DNA of 64,000 nucleotides from Eukaryota sp. GEM-RC1. Taxonomy: Eukaryota. This document shows, piece by piece, positions 59,901-64,000 of this stretch; the stretch's first letter is position 1, and every line of letters begins with the position of its first letter. The notes under the pieces are model-generated. The model was not told the origin of the DNA. It made no database searches and saw only the letters and a program-made list of their open reading frames with translations. The translations under genes were made by a program, and so were the position numbers. Where the stretch lies: positions 2,232,001-2,296,000 of the forward strand of contig JAUFOQ010000004.1 of NCBI GenBank assembly GCA_040285855.1, given 5' to 3'.

Positions 59901-61831
59901 CCTGATTTTAACAGAATCTCAACTGTCATCATACCTTATCAGCAGGGGAATTAACGATCTTCACAGATCATAAAAACCTCGCTTACTTAATCTCAGCACC
60001 CGAGAAGAATAGGATGGTCAAACGATGGATCCCTATTCTCAGTGAATACCTATTCACCATAGTCCACACCAGTGGCGAAGACAACCATTGGGCTGACATG
60101 ATGTCACGCAATGTTATCAAAGACGCAACAACTGAGTCTATAAACAACATAGTCACATATTGCCCAGAGCATTTGTTCTCTATAACCGATAGCCGATGTC
60201 CTACTGATGAGGATACGGAATATCAAACTTTATCAACAGAGTCAATCGACATGATTGACGATGCCCTGATCAACAAATCGAAGTTATTCGACGCTTGGCT
60301 CTCGAAAGTACGCTCTACACAAGTAGAAGCCATCAAAAATAACGACCCATTGTTCCAACACCCGTCTACTTGGTTCAATGAAGAGTTCCAGCTATACATG
60401 AATAGCAACAACAAGATCTTGATACCAAGTGCCTTGGTGAAAACCACCTTGAACCACTTACACGGTTTTCCACATGCAGGTCACCCTAGCATTAAAGATA
60501 GCATTGATCGGCTAAAATCTAGTGACTACTTCTGGCCCAGCATGATCAACGACATGAAAACTCACTGCAAGCAATGTCCAGCTTGTCAAAAGACAGCTCC
60601 CCTTGCCAAAACAACTATCAAATCTTCAGGTAATTTATGGTCCGACAAACCATTTGCAAAGATGAACGTCGACACAATAGGACCACTTCCCACTGACACA
60701 TCGGGAAACATTTACTTACTAGTGTTCATAGATTCCTTCACCAGATTCACAATCCTATGTCCACTAAAGGAACTGAATGCTCATGAGACAGCATATTCGT
60801 TAGTGTGTAACGTTTGTGCCATCTTCGGCATTCCAGATCTCATTCATAGTGACAATGGCAAAGAATTTGCTAATCACGTTTTCAATGACGTCTGTAAGCA
60901 ATTTGACATCACAACTAATAAATCTATACCTAGTTTCTCTCCTAGCAACGGTTTAGTTGAACGTCGACACAGAGACATTCTACAAGCTTTACGAAAGATG
61001 CTCATAGACTTCAATGACTATGACAACTGGAGTAAATACATCCCACTAGTACAACTGCTGGTAAACACTACGAAGAGTAGAGTAACCGGCTTTACACCGT
61101 ACGAACTGATGTTTGGATCTAACACCAACCCTGGTAGTGATCCAAGTAAAATCATCTTTGCCTCACTCAGAACAAGATTTCAGAAGATTCCTTTCTAGCT
61201 GATTACCAATCAAAATTAACAAGAATTTTGGAAAAAACGGGAAGAAGCAGAAACCACCCAATCATCTATCAAATCTTCCATTACTACGGTTGATACTCCC
61301 TCGCTATTTGCTATCGGTGACCTAGTACTACGAATTAACAAAGCAGCTAAGAAGCTTCATGGCAAACAAGAGGGACCGTACCTCGTCACTGATATACCTT
61401 CCAAAAGCTCACTTGAACTGCAGAACTTTGTCACCGGACATCGTTTCCGCTCCAGCATTCATCTATGCACCAAGTACCTTTCCGACAAACCCTCCTCCGA
61501 TGAGTTCCACAAAGCAGTAGCTTCTTGTGACTCTGAAGAGATGGTCATCATCGAGATCCTTGATCAACGTGATTCACCTACAGGTCCCATATGTTCCGTC
61601 GTATGGTTTGACGGCGACACTACTGAGGAACCCCTGAGTCTGGTTGAGAACACTAGGGCTTACTCAAGTTTTATTAAACTAAATCCTCACGCCAAACCCA
61701 AATCTAAACCCAAAACTAAATCTAGAAGTACGCGTAATAGACAAGCGATCCCTAGTAACACTCCTGATTCCGTCATTCTCACTACTCCACCTGCTAAGAG
61801 GACTAGGTCCTCGAAAAAGGGGAAGAAGTAA
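56940..61831 (+). CDS. Gag-Pol polyprotein (zinc knuckle, PR, RT, RNase H, IN, chromodomain-like) with ~5 small indels
   Basis: CSFCDSPDHKINLC; LWDSGAS; LDLSKAFWQ, FGLKNVP, YIDD; ADASD, KELYA, TDHKNL; GHP..CPACQ, VDTIG, SDNG, NGLVER, GPY; IIEILDQR..VVWFDG.TTEEP. Confidence 0.92.
57205..57392 (+). repeat. 33-bp coding repeat in gag (ENEEPSSNID-like)
   Basis: AACGAGGAACCATCCTCCA recurs every 33 bp. The nested copy has a 30-bp version at 37678-37760. Confidence 0.85.
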
Positions 61832-62117
61832 TGTTAGTGTCATGACTCATCAGGACCTATTTGTATAATAAATTCACTTTTCTCTATTCATATGACTAAG
61901 ACCAACACTATTTAATCAATGTCTACATGAACCTTCAAAGTTGTTTGAAAATCACAACATAAGTATTGCAATAAATCTTTCGGTATCCCTGTTATATCAT
62001 GGTCGAGTGCACTTGAATTTTGGAAACGTGACGTACTACAATACCATCATTACGATGAATATAACGGGAAGCAGGAATCATGGACTTTTTCAATTCTATT
62101 TTTACTCCTAATTCCTC

Positions 62118-62493
62118 ATGCAAGACGAACTTCGCTCTTCTGAAGAAACTGCCTTTGTCCAAGATGAAGTCAAAAGCATAGTACAAGAATCTTGCGAATC
62201 CATACTATCAAAAGCAACTTACTCTGCTGACAAAGTTCCCCAATACACCAATGAACTCATTGAAAGCATTCTGAAACGTCTCACAGCTCTCCAAAAACCT
62301 TTCAAGTACATCGTCTCCTGTATCTTCACACAAAAGACTGGCGCCGGCTTTCATACAGCTAGTTCTGCTTTCTGGGATTCCACGACTGATGGTACACACT
62401 CCCCCTCCTATTCTCACTCTAGGATCAGCTATAGTTCAATACGAGAACAACCATCTACGAGTAGTTGTAACTGTTTTCGGCCTAGCCATATAA
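62118..62493 (+). CDS. DYNLT1: Dynein light chain Tctex-type; 31-nt intron at 62392-62422
   Basis: EETAFVQDEV..LQKPFKYIVSC..QKTGAGFHTASSAFWDSTTDG. Splicing gives GSAIVQYENNHLRVVVTVFGLAI*, matching the Tctex-1 C-terminus. Confidence 0.92.
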
Positions 62494-62552
62494 TTCCATC
62501 TCTTATTGTAGAATATCTTGTGCAGAAAAATGCTATATTTATAACTAATAAA

Positions 62553-64000
62553 CTAAAACTTTCTACTTCTTCGAACGTTGGAATTAATAGAACCAGATTC
62601 CCCAGAATAATTTGACTTGGATCCTCTAGTCTTTCTCTTTCCAGACTCATTCTTCTTCTTGGCGGAATCATACTTACCACGATACTTAACTCTAGCGTTT
62701 CCACTTGCCTTCGAGTGATGAGCTGTCAGACCCTTGTTCTTATTGATATTCCACGTGGTCTTTCGCTTTCCTGAAGCATCTTGATCCATTTTGGGAACGT
62801 CAGCAGATCGTTTGGGAGCCATATCATCCTCGATATCTGATATTTCTGATTGTTCTTCATCTGGAAGGACTTCGTCATCAGAGAAACCACCAAATCTATC
62901 AGGGTCGCCTTCTGAGGGTCGTGATTGCTTGACTGGCACGCCATGATTGATTGGTAAATCAGCATCACCACTAAGCACTTTCTTTCTGTTCTTCGATGCA
63001 CCAATGATTGAGCTAAACTGACGTTTCCTATTCTCACCCCCATCAATCAAATCACTTTCCTGATCCAACAAATCCATCAAATCATCAGAATACTTGCCTA
63101 TAGACGTCAACTCATCCATCATTCCCTTCTTCTTTCCCTTCTTAGCCTTCTTTCCTTCAACTCTAACCATACGATCCTCCTCCAACTGCTCATGTTCCAT
63201 CATTTGTTCCATGTCGTTCATCTCAGCATTAGCTACTCCGATTCTCTCTGGAGCGTCAGTGAATTCAGAAGCTAAGTCTTGGAAAAGCCTTGACTTTTTG
63301 AGTCTATTTGAATGAGCTTCTTCTAAGTGAGCTTGTTTGTCATCGTCCATGAGCTCCATTCCAGAGACACGTGGCGGTCTGTAGACTTCTGAAGACTGTT
63401 CATCATCTTCCTCTTCGTCTGATTCGTCTTCATCGTCACTAAACTCAATCATTGCTTCAATATTAGGACGGAGATCATCTTGAGGCAAGTCTGCCTTATC
63501 AGCAGCTGATAGAATACGAGTGATGACGTGACGAACACGTGATTCCACGTCAGCAACACGTTCAAGATATAGTCGTAGAGTGATCAACTGCTTAATGACG
63601 GGATGGTTTTTGACTGACTTTTTGCGAATTTTCATTAGAATATAAAAGGTGCAATTCATACAATAATTCAAAAGGAGGTGATATTTGGTTGTCAATAGAG
63701 ATATTCCCTGTTCCAGTTCTTCTCCATCAGTGGATTTAGAGTCAAACAAAGGATCTGATCGGACAGACTTAGCCTCGGTGATGAGTTCAGCGACACGTAG
63801 GCGAGTCTCTGTGAGATGGTTTTTAAGAGCGGTTAACACTTTGGGAAGTTCAGCAGCGTCTTGTTCTAGAAGTTTACTGCTTGGAGTAGATGATGTGGAT
63901 TCAACTATGGGGGTGGATTCATCAGAGATTGGTTTTGACACTGAAGCTGAGGTTTTACGTTTGGTAAGGAGAAAAGGAACAAAGTCTTCCTCATCAAGAT
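62553..64000 (-). CDS. UTP3: Sas10/Utp3/C1D-family SSU processome protein; 5' end lies beyond the window
   Basis: TKYHLLLNYCMNCTFYILMK..HPVIKQL domain; Sas10 C-terminal domain INKNKGLT..NARVKYRGKY..YSGE..I. The frame is open to the window edge. Confidence 0.85.
   Translation of the reverse strand, partial: LDEEDFVPFLLTKRKTSASVSKPISDESTPIVESTSSTPSSKLLEQDAAELPKVLTALKNHLTETRLRVAELITEAKSVRSDPLFDSKSTDGEELEQGISLLTTKYHLLLNYCMNCTFYILMKIRKKSVKNHPVIKQLITLRLYLERVADVESRVRHVITRILSAADKADLPQDDLRPNIEAMIEFSDDEDESDEEEDDEQSSEVYRPPRVSGMELMDDDKQAHLEEAHSNRLKKSRLFQDLASEFTDAPERIGVANAEMNDMEQMMEHEQLEEDRMVRVEGKKAKKGKKKGMMDELTSIGKYSDDLMDLLDQESDLIDGGENRKRQFSSIIGASKNRKKVLSGDADLPINHGVPVKQSRPSEGDPDRFGGFSDDEVLPDEEQSEISDIEDDMAPKRSADVPKMDQDASGKRKTTWNINKNKGLTAHHSKASGNARVKYRGKYDSAKKKNESGKRKTRGSKSNYSGESGSINSNVRRSRKF

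Larger units (their letters stand above)
56880..61907 (+). mobile_element. Full-length Ty3/gypsy chromovirus-like LTR retrotransposon, family 1 (5028 bp)
   Basis: Identical 76-bp LTRs at 56880-56955 and 61832-61907 (TGTTAG...CCAACA), TSD CTAT, and PPT AAAAAGGGGAAGAAG just before the 3' LTR. Confidence 0.97.

Noticed and set aside
62118..62615. 165-aa Tctex-1 with a novel C-terminus overlapping UTP3
   Set aside because: This is read-through of the unspliced 31-nt intron; the spliced product ends at 62493.

Overview
AT-rich, gene-dense nuclear DNA from a divergent microbial eukaryote. Two very short spliceosomal introns (31 and 35 nt) have a branch point fused to the 3' splice site, as in metamonads; the taxon is an inference. 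Host genes: a degenerate Dbp5/DDX19-like helicase, a CH-domain coiled-coil protein, LRR genes, a CENP-E-like kinesin whose stalk is ~53 tandem 129-bp repeats, a B-box protein, TBP, a mitochondrial-type Hsp70, a RING-kinase-Sel1 protein, a membrane metallophosphoesterase, Tctex-1 and a Sas10/Utp3-family gene. A large part of the window is mobile DNA: RLE-type (CRE-like) non-LTR fragments, several hAT and Tc1-type MITEs, and three Ty3/gypsy LTR families, two of them with chromodomain-like integrases. Two observations stand out. (1) All three LTR families have tiny LTRs (76, 87, ~128 bp) and no TGG tRNA primer-binding site; each 5' LTR runs straight into the same 12-bp palindrome CAATAATTATTG, suggesting an unusual tRNA-independent priming or dimerisation system. 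(2) A decayed minus-strand polyprotein locus has 33-aa tandem repeats, a hydrophobic segment, a viral-type 2A/StopGo peptide (DLTTDGDIESNPGP) and two tandem Ulp1/SENP-like proteases. Many single-base frameshifts in homopolymer runs probably reflect long-read errors.
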